From positions 64,776 to 128,775 of the forward strand of contig JAFGOI010000004.1 of the NCBI GenBank assembly GCA_016926555.1: 64,000 nt of DNA, in the 5' to 3' direction. Shown here in pieces: positions 7,469 to 18,700 of this stretch. The stretch's first letter is position 1, and each line of letters begins with the position of its first letter. The notes under the pieces were generated by a model. That model was given only the letters and a program-made list of their open reading frames with translations, ran no database searches and had not been told where the DNA came from. Both the position numbers and the translations under genes were made by a program. This DNA comes from Patescibacteria group bacterium. Lineage in GTDB: Bacteria; Patescibacteriota; WWE3; UBA101185; UBA10185.

Positions 7469-10030
7469 ATGTTTGGAAAATTATTTGATTCGAATGAAAA
7501 ACAGCTAAATAAACTACGTCCCACTGTTAATAGAATTAATCAGCATTGGGAGGATTTTAGAGAGATATCTGACGAGGAGATAAAGGCTAAAACTAATAAT
7601 TGGAAAGAGGAAATCCATAAAATCGACTCTGTCGAGAAACAAAACGCGTATCTAGATAAGATGCTTCCCGAAGCTTTTGCTTTAGCAAAAGAAGCCACTT
7701 TCAGGGCTGATGAAAATAAGATTCTCCACGATGTACAGTTAATGGCGGCGATAGTGTTACACGAGGGCAAGATAGCAGAGCAACAAACAGGAGAAGGAAA
7801 AACGAACACAGCTGTTTTGCCGATGTTTTTAAACTCTTTGACCGGAAGAGGTGCCCATCTAGTTACTCCAAACGATTATCTGTCACGGCATGGTGCGGGT
7901 TGGATGGGTCCGATTTACGAACTGTTGGGGATATCCGTAGGTGTAGTTATGCAGGAAAGAGCGTTTGTATATGATCCACAACATGAAGGGCATGAGTTTG
8001 ATGATGCGTATGCTGTTCATCTGCGGGAGGTTGAGCGGCCAGAAGCTTATTTATGTGGGGTTACTTATGGAACAAATCACGAATTTGGGTTTGATTACCT
8101 GAGAGATAACCTTATAAGGCGGTCCTTGGAGTTTAGCCAGAGAAACTCAAATAAAGTTATGGGAGCCCATAACTATGCAGTAGTTGATGAAGTGGATTCA
8201 ATATTAATTGATGTTGCCAGGACGCCCTTGATTATTTCGACCCAGGATGAAAAGCCTTCTGAAAGATACCATGACGCAGACAGAATAGTAAAATCCTTAG
8301 TTAAGGACACAGATTATGAAGTAGAAGAGAAGTATAAAAACGCCACACTTACCGATTTGGGTATTAGAAGAGTGGAGAGGATGCTCGGAGTTTCCCATTT
8401 ATACGAACAGGATTTTGAAATGGTTCATTTGATTGAGCAGGCTTTAGCCGCGAATACCCTGTATGAAAAAGATACTGATTATGTCGTGAAAAATGGGCAA
8501 GTTGTTATTGTTGATCAATTTACAGGGAGATTACTGCCAAATAACAGATACTCACATGGGTTGCATCAGGCGATAGAAGCCAAAGAAAAAGTACAAATCC
8601 AGCAGGAATCCAAAACAATTGCAGAGATTTCCTATCAAAATTACTTCAGGTTGTATGACAAGTTAGCAGGTATGACTGGAACGGCGGCGACTGAAGCTGA
8701 GGAGTTTTATAAAATATATAGTTTGGAAGTAGTTGTGCTTCCTCCACATAAAAAGGTGACCCGTATTGATTATAATGATGTTGTATATAAATCTGTTGCA
8801 GCAAAGTTTAAAGCTGTAGCGGATGAAATTGAGGAAAGACACAAAGGAGAGCAGCCTGTTCTGGTTGGTACGACTTCGGTTGAGAAAAGCGAATTACTTC
8901 ACAATTATCTACAGAGAAAAAAGATTCCCCATGAAATACTAAATGCAAAAAACCATGAAAGAGAGGCTATTATCATCTCCCAAGCTGGTAAGAAAGGCTC
9001 TGTAACTATTTCTACTAATATGGCTGGTCGAGGGGTTGACATAAAGCTTGGTGGGGATCCCTGCACGAATGAAGAGTATGAGGAAGTTAAATCTTCTGGC
9101 GGTTTACATATTATTGGTACAGAGCGCCACGAGTCTAGAAGAATTGATAATCAGTTAAGAGGAAGATCCGGAAGGCAGGGGGATCCGGGTTCATCCAGAT
9201 TTTTCGTTTCCCTTCAGGATGATTTGATGAGGATTTTTGGCGGCGCAAAGATTGAAAGTATTATGGAGAAATTTGGAGTAGATGAGAACATACCTCTCGA
9301 GGCGGGAATTGTTAGCAAATCGATTGAAAATGCACAAAAAAGGGTCGAAGGGTTCAACTTTGACAGGAGAAAACAGGTTGTAGAGATGGACGATATAATG
9401 AATGTTCATAGAGAAGTAGTGTACAAATTGAGAAGACGTGTATTAGACCTTGGTGAAGGTGTGGAAGAATATAGAGACTGGTTTTTAGATAACCTTTTGT
9501 CTAACGCTGATTTTGATGAAGCCATTTGGGAAAAATATGAGGAGGATTTAGGAACTAAAATGTGGTATTCAATTGTTAAGGATCTGTCCCTGCCTGTTAT
9601 AGATTTACTGTGGATGGAGCATTTAGTAGATATGTCGCAGGTGAGGGATGGTATTGGCCTTAGTGGATACGCGCAGAGAGATCCAATGGTTGAGTATAAA
9701 AGAGAAGCTCATGAAAGGTTTAATGTTCTTGTAAAAAAGATGTATTCCTCAATTTCGGACAGGATTTCAAGAGCGTCAAACGAACCAGTGAGCGGGGACA
9801 ACTCCGTATTGGATATGTTGTCTCAAGCTGATTTCCGTCACGGGAGTATAGAAACTGGAGTTTCCACGGAGGCAGCGGAATTACAAAAGGAGCAAGTAAA
9901 AGCTGTATACGAGGGTCGAGAAATTAAAGTTGAAAAGGTTGAGTCCGGTACGGAAAAAGTTGGCAGGAATGACCCATGTCCTTGTGGTAGTGGAAAGAAG
10001 TATAAGAAGTGTCACGGTAAGACCGTATGA
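7469..10030 (+). CDS. secA: Preprotein translocase subunit SecA
   Basis: [26 protein letters not shown]-terminal [17 protein letters not shown]. Confidence 0.98.
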   Translation: MFGKLFDSNEKQLNKLRPTVNRINQHWEDFREISDEEIKAKTNNWKEEIHKIDSVEKQNAYLDKMLPEAFALAKEATFRADENKILHDVQLMAAIVLHEGKIAEQQTGEGKTNTAVLPMFLNSLTGRGAHLVTPNDYLSRHGAGWMGPIYELLGISVGVVMQERAFVYDPQHEGHEFDDAYAVHLREVERPEAYLCGVTYGTNHEFGFDYLRDNLIRRSLEFSQRNSNKVMGAHNYAVVDEVDSILIDVARTPLIISTQDEKPSERYHDADRIVKSLVKDTDYEVEEKYKNATLTDLGIRRVERMLGVSHLYEQDFEMVHLIEQALAANTLYEKDTDYVVKNGQVVIVDQFTGRLLPNNRYSHGLHQAIEAKEKVQIQQESKTIAEISYQNYFRLYDKLAGMTGTAATEAEEFYKIYSLEVVVLPPHKKVTRIDYNDVVYKSVAAKFKAVADEIEERHKGEQPVLVGTTSVEKSELLHNYLQRKKIPHEILNAKNHEREAIIISQAGKKGSVTISTNMAGRGVDIKLGGDPCTNEEYEEVKSSGGLHIIGTERHESRRIDNQLRGRSGRQGDPGSSRFFVSLQDDLMRIFGGAKIESIMEKFGVDENIPLEAGIVSKSIENAQKRVEGFNFDRRKQVVEMDDIMNVHREVVYKLRRRVLDLGEGVEEYRDWFLDNLLSNADFDEAIWEKYEEDLGTKMWYSIVKDLSLPVIDLLWMEHLVDMSQVRDGIGLSGYAQRDPMVEYKREAHERFNVLVKKMYSSISDRISRASNEPVSGDNSVLDMLSQADFRHGSIETGVSTEAAELQKEQVKAVYEGREIKVEKVESGTEKVGRNDPCPCGSGKKYKKCHGKTV

Positions 10031-10047
10031 GGTTGAATTTGAAATAG

Positions 10048-11727
10048 TTAAGGTTTGGTTTGTGCAGGTACAGGTTGAGGTTGTGGGATACTCACTCCCG
10101 AGTTCTGTTCCATTTCCTGCTGAATTTGCGAGGCAGTGGCTTTAATTTGTGCATCATCCGGGACAATTTCCAAGGCTTTGTTCATGTATTGAAGTGCTAG
10201 TTCGTAGTCTCCCTCGTGCCGCGCAATCAAGCCTAGTTTGTATAAAGCCTGGAATATTGTCGGATTTTTTTGGTATGAAAGCATCAAATACTTCTTCGCG
10301 TTTTCGAGATCTCCTGCCTGCATATAGGTGAAACCCAAATTGTGAATAGCTTCCGCATAATTTGGGCTGATTTCTACAGATCTTTTGAAATTCTCGATGG
10401 CCAACGCCCAGTTTCCCTCCTTTGAGTACACGTCCCCCAGATTGTTATAAACCCTCCTGCTAAACGGAGAGGTTTTTTTGGTAGCTAACCATAAGTTTTT
10501 ATTTGTTTTGAAGTCATTTGTTCTTACAGCAGTTCTTATTCCGTAAAATATAATCAGAATCACTATCGCAGTTACAGCCAGGTCTTTTGATTTTTGTTCC
10601 TTTTCAATTTTCATCAAGATTCTACTTATAAGAATTCCAAACAGAAGAGCGGGTAAGTATAGGTACCTATCGGCTATAAACCAGGCGACAACGACCGGGC
10701 TAAAGGTTGGTCCGATTGCTAGGAAGATAAGTATAATCAGCACTGAAGTTTTCCGGTCTTTATTCCAGAAATAAATAACACTTCCCACAACTAAAATAGA
10801 AACTAGTATCATGAAAGTATATATTGCCTGTGTAATTATTTTCCCCTCATGGTAAATCGTTAATTCCATTGGCCAAACTAGCTGTCGCGCGGCCATGTAA
10901 ATTGTATACGGGATTCTATTAATAAGGGGAGTTGTCGATACGGGATCATATTTATATTTGGCTTCAAGACTCTCCACTCTTTGCGTGTATCTGCCGATAA
11001 ATTCGGAAGCTCCGTATAGTCCTGAAGATATAATGAAGAGCATGTAGGTTTTTATTTTTGAGAAATCTATTTTCTTGTTGAGGTAAAGCTGGTCTATTCC
11101 CACTAAAAGTGCGAATATAACAAGAATCCAAGGAATTCGCCAGAAAATCAGTGTAAAGATATATATCAGAGTGGAAGCGGCAAGATAATTTTTATTTCCA
11201 GAGTTGCGGTAGAGAAAGTAGAAAATCATGATTACTGCTCCAAAAAGGAAGAGGAATAAGTATGCTCTTCCTGAAATCCAAGATATCGCTTCTGAACCGG
11301 CTGGGTGAACACAAAATACTAATGTAGCCAAGATAGAAAGTTTTTTATCTTCAGTCATCATGTAGGTAAGACACAACGCCAACACGGTATTTATCAGGTG
11401 CATTAAAATTGATGCTACGTGGAATGCCGTGGGGTTTAGTCCAAAAAGCTCATTCATTGTTCCCATATATATTTTCGGGATATGTAGAGTTTTTAGGGAT
11501 TCCACAAACGTATGTGAGTTGACGTGTCTGAAAATTTCAGGGTCGTCTGCGGTGACAAATTCTCCATTTATAATATTTGCGTATACTAATAGAATGATAA
11601 CCAGAAAAACAAGTAGAATTTTCTTATTTTCCTTCAGGAATTCAAAAATATCTTTGACATTTTTTAATTTTGGGGCGATTTTTTCTGGCTGTGTCTTGCT
11701 TTGTTTTCCCTTTTTTTTACTTTTCAT
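10048..11727 (-). CDS. TMTC-like GT-C membrane glycosyltransferase with C-terminal TPR repeats (putative protein O-glycosyltransferase)
   Basis: FVTADD loop, HPAGSEAISWISGR, ADRYLYLP, many TM segments, TPRs (VYNNLGDVY, AIHNLGFTY, ALYKLGLIA). Confidence 0.75.
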   Translation of the reverse strand: MKSKKKGKQSKTQPEKIAPKLKNVKDIFEFLKENKKILLVFLVIILLVYANIINGEFVTADDPEIFRHVNSHTFVESLKTLHIPKIYMGTMNELFGLNPTAFHVASILMHLINTVLALCLTYMMTEDKKLSILATLVFCVHPAGSEAISWISGRAYLFLFLFGAVIMIFYFLYRNSGNKNYLAASTLIYIFTLIFWRIPWILVIFALLVGIDQLYLNKKIDFSKIKTYMLFIISSGLYGASEFIGRYTQRVESLEAKYKYDPVSTTPLINRIPYTIYMAARQLVWPMELTIYHEGKIITQAIYTFMILVSILVVGSVIYFWNKDRKTSVLIILIFLAIGPTFSPVVVAWFIADRYLYLPALLFGILISRILMKIEKEQKSKDLAVTAIVILIIFYGIRTAVRTNDFKTNKNLWLATKKTSPFSRRVYNNLGDVYSKEGNWALAIENFKRSVEISPNYAEAIHNLGFTYMQAGDLENAKKYLMLSYQKNPTIFQALYKLGLIARHEGDYELALQYMNKALEIVPDDAQIKATASQIQQEMEQNSGVSIPQPQPVPAQTKP

Positions 11728-11755
11728 GAGATCCTATTATACTATTTAGGATATC

Positions 11756-12301
11756 ATGAGAATAAAATCAATACTCTTTGAGATATTTGAAACGTTTTTT
11801 GTTTCTTTAGTAGTTTTACTAATAATAAATACCTTTATAGGTGCTATAGAGCAAGTTTGGGGCGCGAGCATGGAACCTGCATTTTATACAGGGGAAAGAA
11901 TATTAGTAGAAAAGATTAGCAAAGGGCTTCTGAAATTTAATCGGGGAGAAGTGGTGATCATTAATGCTCCTAGCACCAACGGTAAGCACTATATCAAGCG
12001 GATCGTTGGTCTTCCGGGAGATATTGTAAAGATATATGACTGCAGTGTTTATATATTAAGAGACGGCAATAAATACAAACTGGATGAACCTTATATTCCC
12101 TCTGAGGAGTGTACAAGGGGTGGTAATGAGATAAGAAATGGCCGTTCTATTAGAATACAGACTGATCAATATATGGTTCTAGGGGATAATAGAGATAATT
12201 CCGTTGACTCAAGAGTATTTGGGTTTTTAACAAAAGATGATATTGTAGGTAGAGTAGTATTTAGATTTTGGCCACTTTCTAGGCTGAGTTTTATTTCATG
12301 A
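11756..12301 (+). CDS. lepB: Signal peptidase I
   Basis: GASMEP (catalytic Ser), YIKRIVGLPGD (Lys), GDNRDNSVDSR. Confidence 0.95.
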   Translation: MRIKSILFEIFETFFVSLVVLLIINTFIGAIEQVWGASMEPAFYTGERILVEKISKGLLKFNRGEVVIINAPSTNGKHYIKRIVGLPGDIVKIYDCSVYILRDGNKYKLDEPYIPSEECTRGGNEIRNGRSIRIQTDQYMVLGDNRDNSVDSRVFGFLTKDDIVGRVVFRFWPLSRLSFIS

Positions 12302-12317
12302 AAAGAGGAAGTAGTTG

Positions 12318-12346
12318 TTGACACATAAATGATGATATGATAAGTT
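12318..12346 (+). promoter_or_regulatory. Putative promoter of the rpoBC-str operon
   Basis: TTGACA (12318-12323), 17 nt, TAAGTT (12341-12346) preceded by TGn. Confidence 0.55.
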
Positions 12347-12452
12347 TCTTTTCGCTTTGGGGTAATTATCCTAAAATAGATAGTAAAATTGAATATTTTT
12401 ATAGTAAAATTTATAACATTCTAGTTATAGGATTTTTTGTCGTTAAAATATA

Positions 12453-15400
12453 ATGAGACATAGCTTTTCAAAAAGAGAAATAGCGTTGCCCTTGCCAAAT
12501 CTAATATCTGTTCAGTTAAATTCCTATAATTGGTTGGTAGATGAGGGTGTGAACGAGATTTTGGACGAACTTGGTGTCATTGAGGATAACACAGGTCGTG
12601 GCTGGGTTCTCACTCTTTCAGATCCTACTTTTGAGAAGGAAAATATATCAGTTGAAGATGCAAAAAGAACTGGGAGAACATACGACGCTCCTTGGTATCT
12701 CAAAGCAACTATAGAAAACCCATTGGCTAAAGAAAAAAAGATCCAAAGCGTTTACATGGGCGATATACCCCTTATGACAGAAAGGGGGACTTTTGTTATT
12801 AATGGTGTGGAGAGGATTGTTGTAAATCAGTTAATAAGATCAGAGGGAGTGTTGTTTAGCCGCGATGTTTCATCTGTTACTGGCCAGTATATGGCGGGTG
12901 CAAAAATTGTGCCTCGAAGCGGTGTTTGGCTCGAGTTTGAAACATCTCGCACAGGAGTACTCAGTATAAGAATTGACCGAAAGAGGAAAATAGTTGCGTC
13001 GGCGCTTTTTCGTGTATTCGGCCTGGAAACTGATGAAGATATCAGAAATGCGTTTGTATCCGTTGAATCAAATCCTGAAATCAATTATATAGATGCTACT
13101 TTAGCCAAGGATCCCACAAGCAGTTTTGAAGAGGCCTGTATAGAGATTTATAGAAAGATGCGTCCCGGGGAGCCACTCGTTCTTGAGAATGCGAAAGCTT
13201 TGATTGATGCGATGTTTTTTAACCCCCGACGTTACAGTTTGGGGCCGGTTGGAAGGTTCAAACTCAATCAAACATTAGGTCTTAACTTTCCAAACGAGCC
13301 TAAGCACAGACTCCTCCAGCTTGAAGATATAATTAAGATTGTTTCCAACATAATTGAGTTAAACAATGGTATTGGTGAGCCTAGCGATGTTGACTTTCTA
13401 GGAAACAGAAGAGTAAAGAGTATCGGAGAGTTGTTGTTTTGGCAAATGAGAATTGGTTTTTTGAGGATGGAAAAGAATATAAAAGAGAGAATGAGTATGT
13501 CAGATCGAGATAAACTTCCCGAGCCTTCCACTTTAATATCTCCAAGGGCAGTCGCCGCAGCAGTTCATAGCTTTTTTGCGACGGGGCAGTTATCCCAGCT
13601 TCATGACCAGCAGAACCCGTTAACTGGGTTAGACCATTTAAGAAGATTGTCTGTATTGGGGCCGGGTGGATTAACTAAGGAAAGAGCAAGTTTCTCAGTA
13701 AGGGATGTCCACTATTCATCTTTTGGAAGAGTATGTCCTGTTAGAACTCCGGAAGGGCCAAATATCGGGCTGATAAATTATTTAGCTATGTATGCAAATG
13801 TAAACGGCTTCGGATTTTTGGAGACACCCTATATCAAGCTAGAAAAAATGGAGGATGGGAAAGTGCGATTAACAAATAAAATTGAGTATCTGGCTGCGTA
13901 TGATGAGGCTAAATGTTACATTACAGATCAATCAATTAACATTGATGAAAATGGCTATATATTAAATAAACAGGTTCCCCTGCGAAAATCGGGGGACTTT
14001 TTTTTGGGCAGTGTCTCTTTGGCTGAATACATTGAAGTTGTACCGAGGCAAGTAATAGGTTTAACTGCGGGTTTAATTCCTTTCTTGCAGAATAATGATG
14101 TCTCCAGAGCTTTGATGGGAACTCAGCAAATGTCCCAAGCTGTTCCTTTGGTAACTCCCGAAAAGCCGATTGTCGCTACTGGTATAGAAAAAGATGTGGC
14201 TGAGAATACTAACGCGTTGATACTTTCAGAAGGAAGCGGAGTCGTTGATTATGCGGACGGGAGAAGGGTAGAAGTAACTTATGGTACAGGGAAAAAGAAA
14301 GAGAAAGCAGTATATGAAGCAGTGAAGTTTACGCAGACGAATATGGAAACCTGTTTTAGCCAGAAAGTGATTGTTTCTACGGGAGATAAAATTAAAAAGG
14401 GAGATGTTCTAATAGAAGGGCCCGCAGTAAACGGAGGTGAATTATCAATAGGAACAAACGTAACAGTGGCATACATGATTTATGAGGGTTTGGAATTTGA
14501 GGATGGTATTGTTGTATCTGACAGATTAGTAAAAGATGATGTTCTGACTTCGATCCATATAGCTGATTACAAGGTAAAAGTGCAGGAGACAAAGTTAGGA
14601 GATGAAGAGATTACGGCGGATATACCGAATGTTTCAGAGGAAGCATTAAGAAACCTCGATGAGAATGGGATTGTAGCTGTCGGATCAAAGGTGAAATCAG
14701 ATGATATTCTCGTCGGAAAAGTAGCACCCAGAGGGGAAGTTGATTTAACTGCTGAGGAACGACTGTTGAGAGCTATTTTTGGTGAAAAAGCGAAAGATGT
14801 AAGAGACACTTCTTTATATATGCCCCATGGGAAACATGGTGTTGTGATAGGAGTAAAAAAAGTTACTAAGGAAGATAACGAATCCCTTCCGGCGGGAACA
14901 TTAGAAGAAATTACAGTGTACGTGGCTGAGCAGAAAAAGATTGAAATCGGAGATAAACTTGCAGGGCGTCACGGAAATAAAGGTGTAATATCAGCTGTTG
15001 TACCTGCCATAGATATGCCTATGTTGCCCGACGGTAAATCGGTAGATGTGGTTTTTTCTTCTGAGGCGGTTCTTAAGAGAATGAATGTAGGTCAAATTTG
15101 GGAAGCAGGGTTAGGTATGTCGGGGAAAAAACTTGGTAAATACTATGAAGTACCGTCTTTACAGGAAATACCCGAATCGACAATAATAAATGAATTTGAG
15201 GAAGCAGGTTTGCCTGTAACGGGAAAAATGAGACTGATTGATGGTCGTACCGGGGAATATTTTCACGATGAAATAGTTGTTGGCGAAACCTATATTTTAA
15301 AACTTATTCATATGAGCGAAGAGAAAATGCACGCGAGATCTACGGGTCCATATTCGTTGATTACACAACAGCCCTTAGGCGGTAAAGCTCAGTTTGGGGG

Positions 15401-15770
15401 TCAAAGGTTCGGTGAAATGGAGGTTTGGGCATTAGAGGCTTATGGCGCGGCACATACACTTCACGAGATGCTGACAATAAAATCTGACGATATGATCGGG
15501 AGGACTCGTTCTTATGGAGCGTTAGTTAAGGGGGAACCGATTCCGGAATCCACTACTCCAGAGACTTTCAAACTCTTAGTAAGAAAGCTTAATGGACTTG
15601 GATTGGCTATTGAACCCCAGATGCCCGTTATTGATGAAGAAGCGGATCAGGAAGAGAGAGAAGGGATCTCTGATGATGAGTCTAAAGTGGAGCACACAGA
15701 GGAGACATTATATGAAGAGGGCGAGTTAGATGAAATTGAGACTCAAGTTGAGGAGGAAAGTGAAGAATGA
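12453..15770 (+). CDS. rpoB: RNA polymerase subunit beta
   Basis: GTFVINGVERIVV, TPEGPNIG, GDKLAGRHGNKG, GGQRFGEMEVWALEAYGAA; acidic tail. Confidence 0.99.
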   Translation: MRHSFSKREIALPLPNLISVQLNSYNWLVDEGVNEILDELGVIEDNTGRGWVLTLSDPTFEKENISVEDAKRTGRTYDAPWYLKATIENPLAKEKKIQSVYMGDIPLMTERGTFVINGVERIVVNQLIRSEGVLFSRDVSSVTGQYMAGAKIVPRSGVWLEFETSRTGVLSIRIDRKRKIVASALFRVFGLETDEDIRNAFVSVESNPEINYIDATLAKDPTSSFEEACIEIYRKMRPGEPLVLENAKALIDAMFFNPRRYSLGPVGRFKLNQTLGLNFPNEPKHRLLQLEDIIKIVSNIIELNNGIGEPSDVDFLGNRRVKSIGELLFWQMRIGFLRMEKNIKERMSMSDRDKLPEPSTLISPRAVAAAVHSFFATGQLSQLHDQQNPLTGLDHLRRLSVLGPGGLTKERASFSVRDVHYSSFGRVCPVRTPEGPNIGLINYLAMYANVNGFGFLETPYIKLEKMEDGKVRLTNKIEYLAAYDEAKCYITDQSINIDENGYILNKQVPLRKSGDFFLGSVSLAEYIEVVPRQVIGLTAGLIPFLQNNDVSRALMGTQQMSQAVPLVTPEKPIVATGIEKDVAENTNALILSEGSGVVDYADGRRVEVTYGTGKKKEKAVYEAVKFTQTNMETCFSQKVIVSTGDKIKKGDVLIEGPAVNGGELSIGTNVTVAYMIYEGLEFEDGIVVSDRLVKDDVLTSIHIADYKVKVQETKLGDEEITADIPNVSEEALRNLDENGIVAVGSKVKSDDILVGKVAPRGEVDLTAEERLLRAIFGEKAKDVRDTSLYMPHGKHGVVIGVKKVTKEDNESLPAGTLEEITVYVAEQKKIEIGDKLAGRHGNKGVISAVVPAIDMPMLPDGKSVDVVFSSEAVLKRMNVGQIWEAGLGMSGKKLGKYYEVPSLQEIPESTIINEFEEAGLPVTGKMRLIDGRTGEYFHDEIVVGETYILKLIHMSEEKMHARSTGPYSLITQQPLGGKAQFGGQRFGEMEVWALEAYGAAHTLHEMLTIKSDDMIGRTRSYGALVKGEPIPESTTPETFKLLVRKLNGLGLAIEPQMPVIDEEADQEEREGISDDESKVEHTEETLYEEGELDEIETQVEEESEE

Positions 15771-18700
15771 AAAATTTACATAAGTTAAAAGATTTTGAAG
15801 CAATAAAAATATATTTGGCTTCCAGTGATGAGTTATTATCTTGGTCATATGGGGAAGTAACTAAACCTGAGACTATAAATTACAGGACTTTTAAACCCGA
15901 AAGGGAGGGTTTGTTTGATGAGAAAATATTTGGCCCGTCAAAAAACTATGAGTGTTACTGTGGTAAGTATAAAGGTATAAGGTATAAGGGTGTGGTTTGC
16001 GACAAATGTGGAGTTGAAGTGACTACGTCTAGAGTAAGAAGAGAGAGGATGGGACATATCAAACTAGCGTGTCCGGTGGCGCATGTTTGGTTCTTTAAGG
16101 GTATACCTTCAAAGATGGCATTGTTGCTCGATCTTACGCCCAGAAATGTTGAGTCTGTAATTTATTTCGCGTCCTTTATAGTAACTAAGATAGAGGGATC
16201 CAAGAAGGCGGAGGCTATAAGTGCTGTAGAGCATGATTTGGAGAAAGCGGCAGGTGTTATTCAGAAGGAGCTTGAACAGGACATCAAGGATATTGAAAGA
16301 GAAATTGAATCTTTGAAGAAAGATAAAGATGAGCTTAAAAGTCAAGAAAAGGAAATCAAACTTAGGCAGAATATTCAACAAATGAAAGTCGCCTGTGAGA
16401 AAAAAGTTGAGGAATCTTCAAAGAAGTATAAATTAATCCAGAAAAAACTCGAGTCAATTGACCTACATACAGTGATTTCTGACAGTGAATACCTGTCTTT
16501 GATGCACTATGTTGACAAATTTGCTACTTTGGAAATTGGCGCAGAAGCACTTCAAAATATATTGGCGAATATGGATTTAAATGAGGTGTCCGAACAAATT
16601 AGGGATGAAATGGAAAGAGCGAAAGGGCAGAAAGCCCAGAAACTCGCCAAGAGACTAAGAGTGGTGGAGCAGTTTAGATGTGCGGAACTTAGTCCCGACA
16701 GAATGATTTTGGAGGTTGTGCCAGTTATTCCGCCCGACCTAAGGCCCATGGTTCAGTTAGATGGCGGAAGATTCGCGAGTTCGGATTTGAATGATTTATA
16801 TAGAAGACTGATAAATAGAAATAATAGACTGGGCAGGCTCTTAGATTTAGGCGCCCCGGAGATTATTGTAAGGAATGAGAAAAGAATGCTACAGGAGTCA
16901 GTTGATGCCTTATTTGACTCATCCAAGCAGAGGAGAAAAACTCGGGTAACTAGAGGTAAAAAGCAGTTAAGGTCTCTCGCAGATATGATTAAGGGTAAAC
17001 AGGGGATATTCCGACTTAATTTATTGGGAAAGCGCGTGGACTATTCCGGCAGAGGAGTTATCATAAATGGTTCGCAGTTGAAGTTAAATGAGTGCGGTCT
17101 GCCAAAAGAAATGGCGCTGGAGTTGTTTAAGCCGATGGTGCTTAGGGAGATTTTACTAAGGGGTTATACTCCTAATGTTAAGAGCGCTAAGTACTTTTTA
17201 GATACAAGAAGTCCAGAGGTGTGGGATATATTGGAGGATATAGTAAAAGACTACCCCGTTTTACTAAATAGAGCACCTACTTTATGGAGGCTTGGTATAC
17301 AAGCATTTTATCCTAAATTAATTGAGGGTAACGCTATTCAATTAGGTTTGTGTGTTGTTTCCGGGTTCAACGCGGATTTTGACGGTGATCAGATGGCTGT
17401 TCATGTGCCGTTATCTGAAGCAGCAAAAGAGGAAGCCAGAAATGTTATGATTTCAACAAAAAACCTGTTAAATCCTTCGAATGGAACGCCCATTTCGATT
17501 CCGGGTAAGACTCTTTTGTTTGGTGTGTACTATATAACTTCTGTTGATGATCGCCTTGGAATGCCGGGAAAAGTTTATGGGAGTAAATCCGAGGTTATAT
17601 ACGCACTAGAAGTGTCTAAGGAAGTAGATTTGAGGCAGACTATTAAATATAGACACAAGGGAACAATAATCGAGACTACTCCGGGTAGGTTGATGTTTAA
17701 TGAGATAGTTCCCGAATCTTTTGGGTATGTAAATAAGCCTATGGATAAGAAGTCCATTAACCTTATGCTGACTAATGCCTTTGAATCGGAACATCCTGAT
17801 GTTGTTGTTAAGTTGATTGATGATATTAAGGAGTTAGGTTTAAAGTGGGGTACGTTGTGTGGTCAGTCGGTATCTCTTGCGGATATAAAAACACCCGATA
17901 ATAGGGATGAGATTATCAAAAAAGGTCGTGATGTAGTGAATGAGATAGAGGGGTATTTTAGAAGAGGGTTAATCACTGAAGATGAGTCACAGCGCCAAAA
18001 AGCGCAGGCATGGAATGATGTGATCTCCGACCTTGACGAAGCTGTGTGGAATAACTTATCTGACCACAATCCGGTGAAGATACTCGTTAAATCAGGGTCC
18101 ACTAGAGCATCTAGGGATCAGGTTAAGCAGATAGCGGGAATGAAGGGTTTAGTTTCGGATCCTACAGGAAAGATAGTTGAAATGCCTATTTTAGGAAATT
18201 ATAAGTACGGTTTATCTGCTTTAGGATACTTCGTGGGTGCTAGAGGGGCAAGAAAAGGATTAGTAGATAAAGGTTTAAAGACAGCGGATGCCGGGTACTT
18301 GACTAGGAGACTGGTTGATGTGGCGCAAGATGTGATTGTTAGAGAAGAAGACTGTGGGAGTGAAGAAGGAAGAGAAATGGTTGTTGGCGAAGGAACGATG
18401 CTGCAGACATTCTCAGAGAGGGTTGCGGGCAGAGTATTGGCGCAGGATGTCAAAGACGGCAGAAAGATAATAAAAAAGAGTGGAACTATGTTGACAGTTA
18501 AGGATGTGGAAGAAATTGAAAAGGCAAATGTTGAAAGCATAGTGATTAGATCTCCCATGCACTGTAAAACCAACAGGGGTTTGTGTGCAAAATGTTATGG
18601 TGTCGACTTGATGACAGGTAGCCCTGTCCGCTTTGGTACGGCTGTTGGTGTTGCTGCCGCCCAATCTATTGGAGAACCCGGGACTCAGTTAACAATGAGA

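Noticed and set aside
13585-13670. Rifampicin-resistance substitutions in RpoB cluster I
   Set aside because: Key pocket residues equivalent to Q513, D516, H526, R529, S531 and L533 are retained despite neighbouring changes, so resistance cannot be claimed
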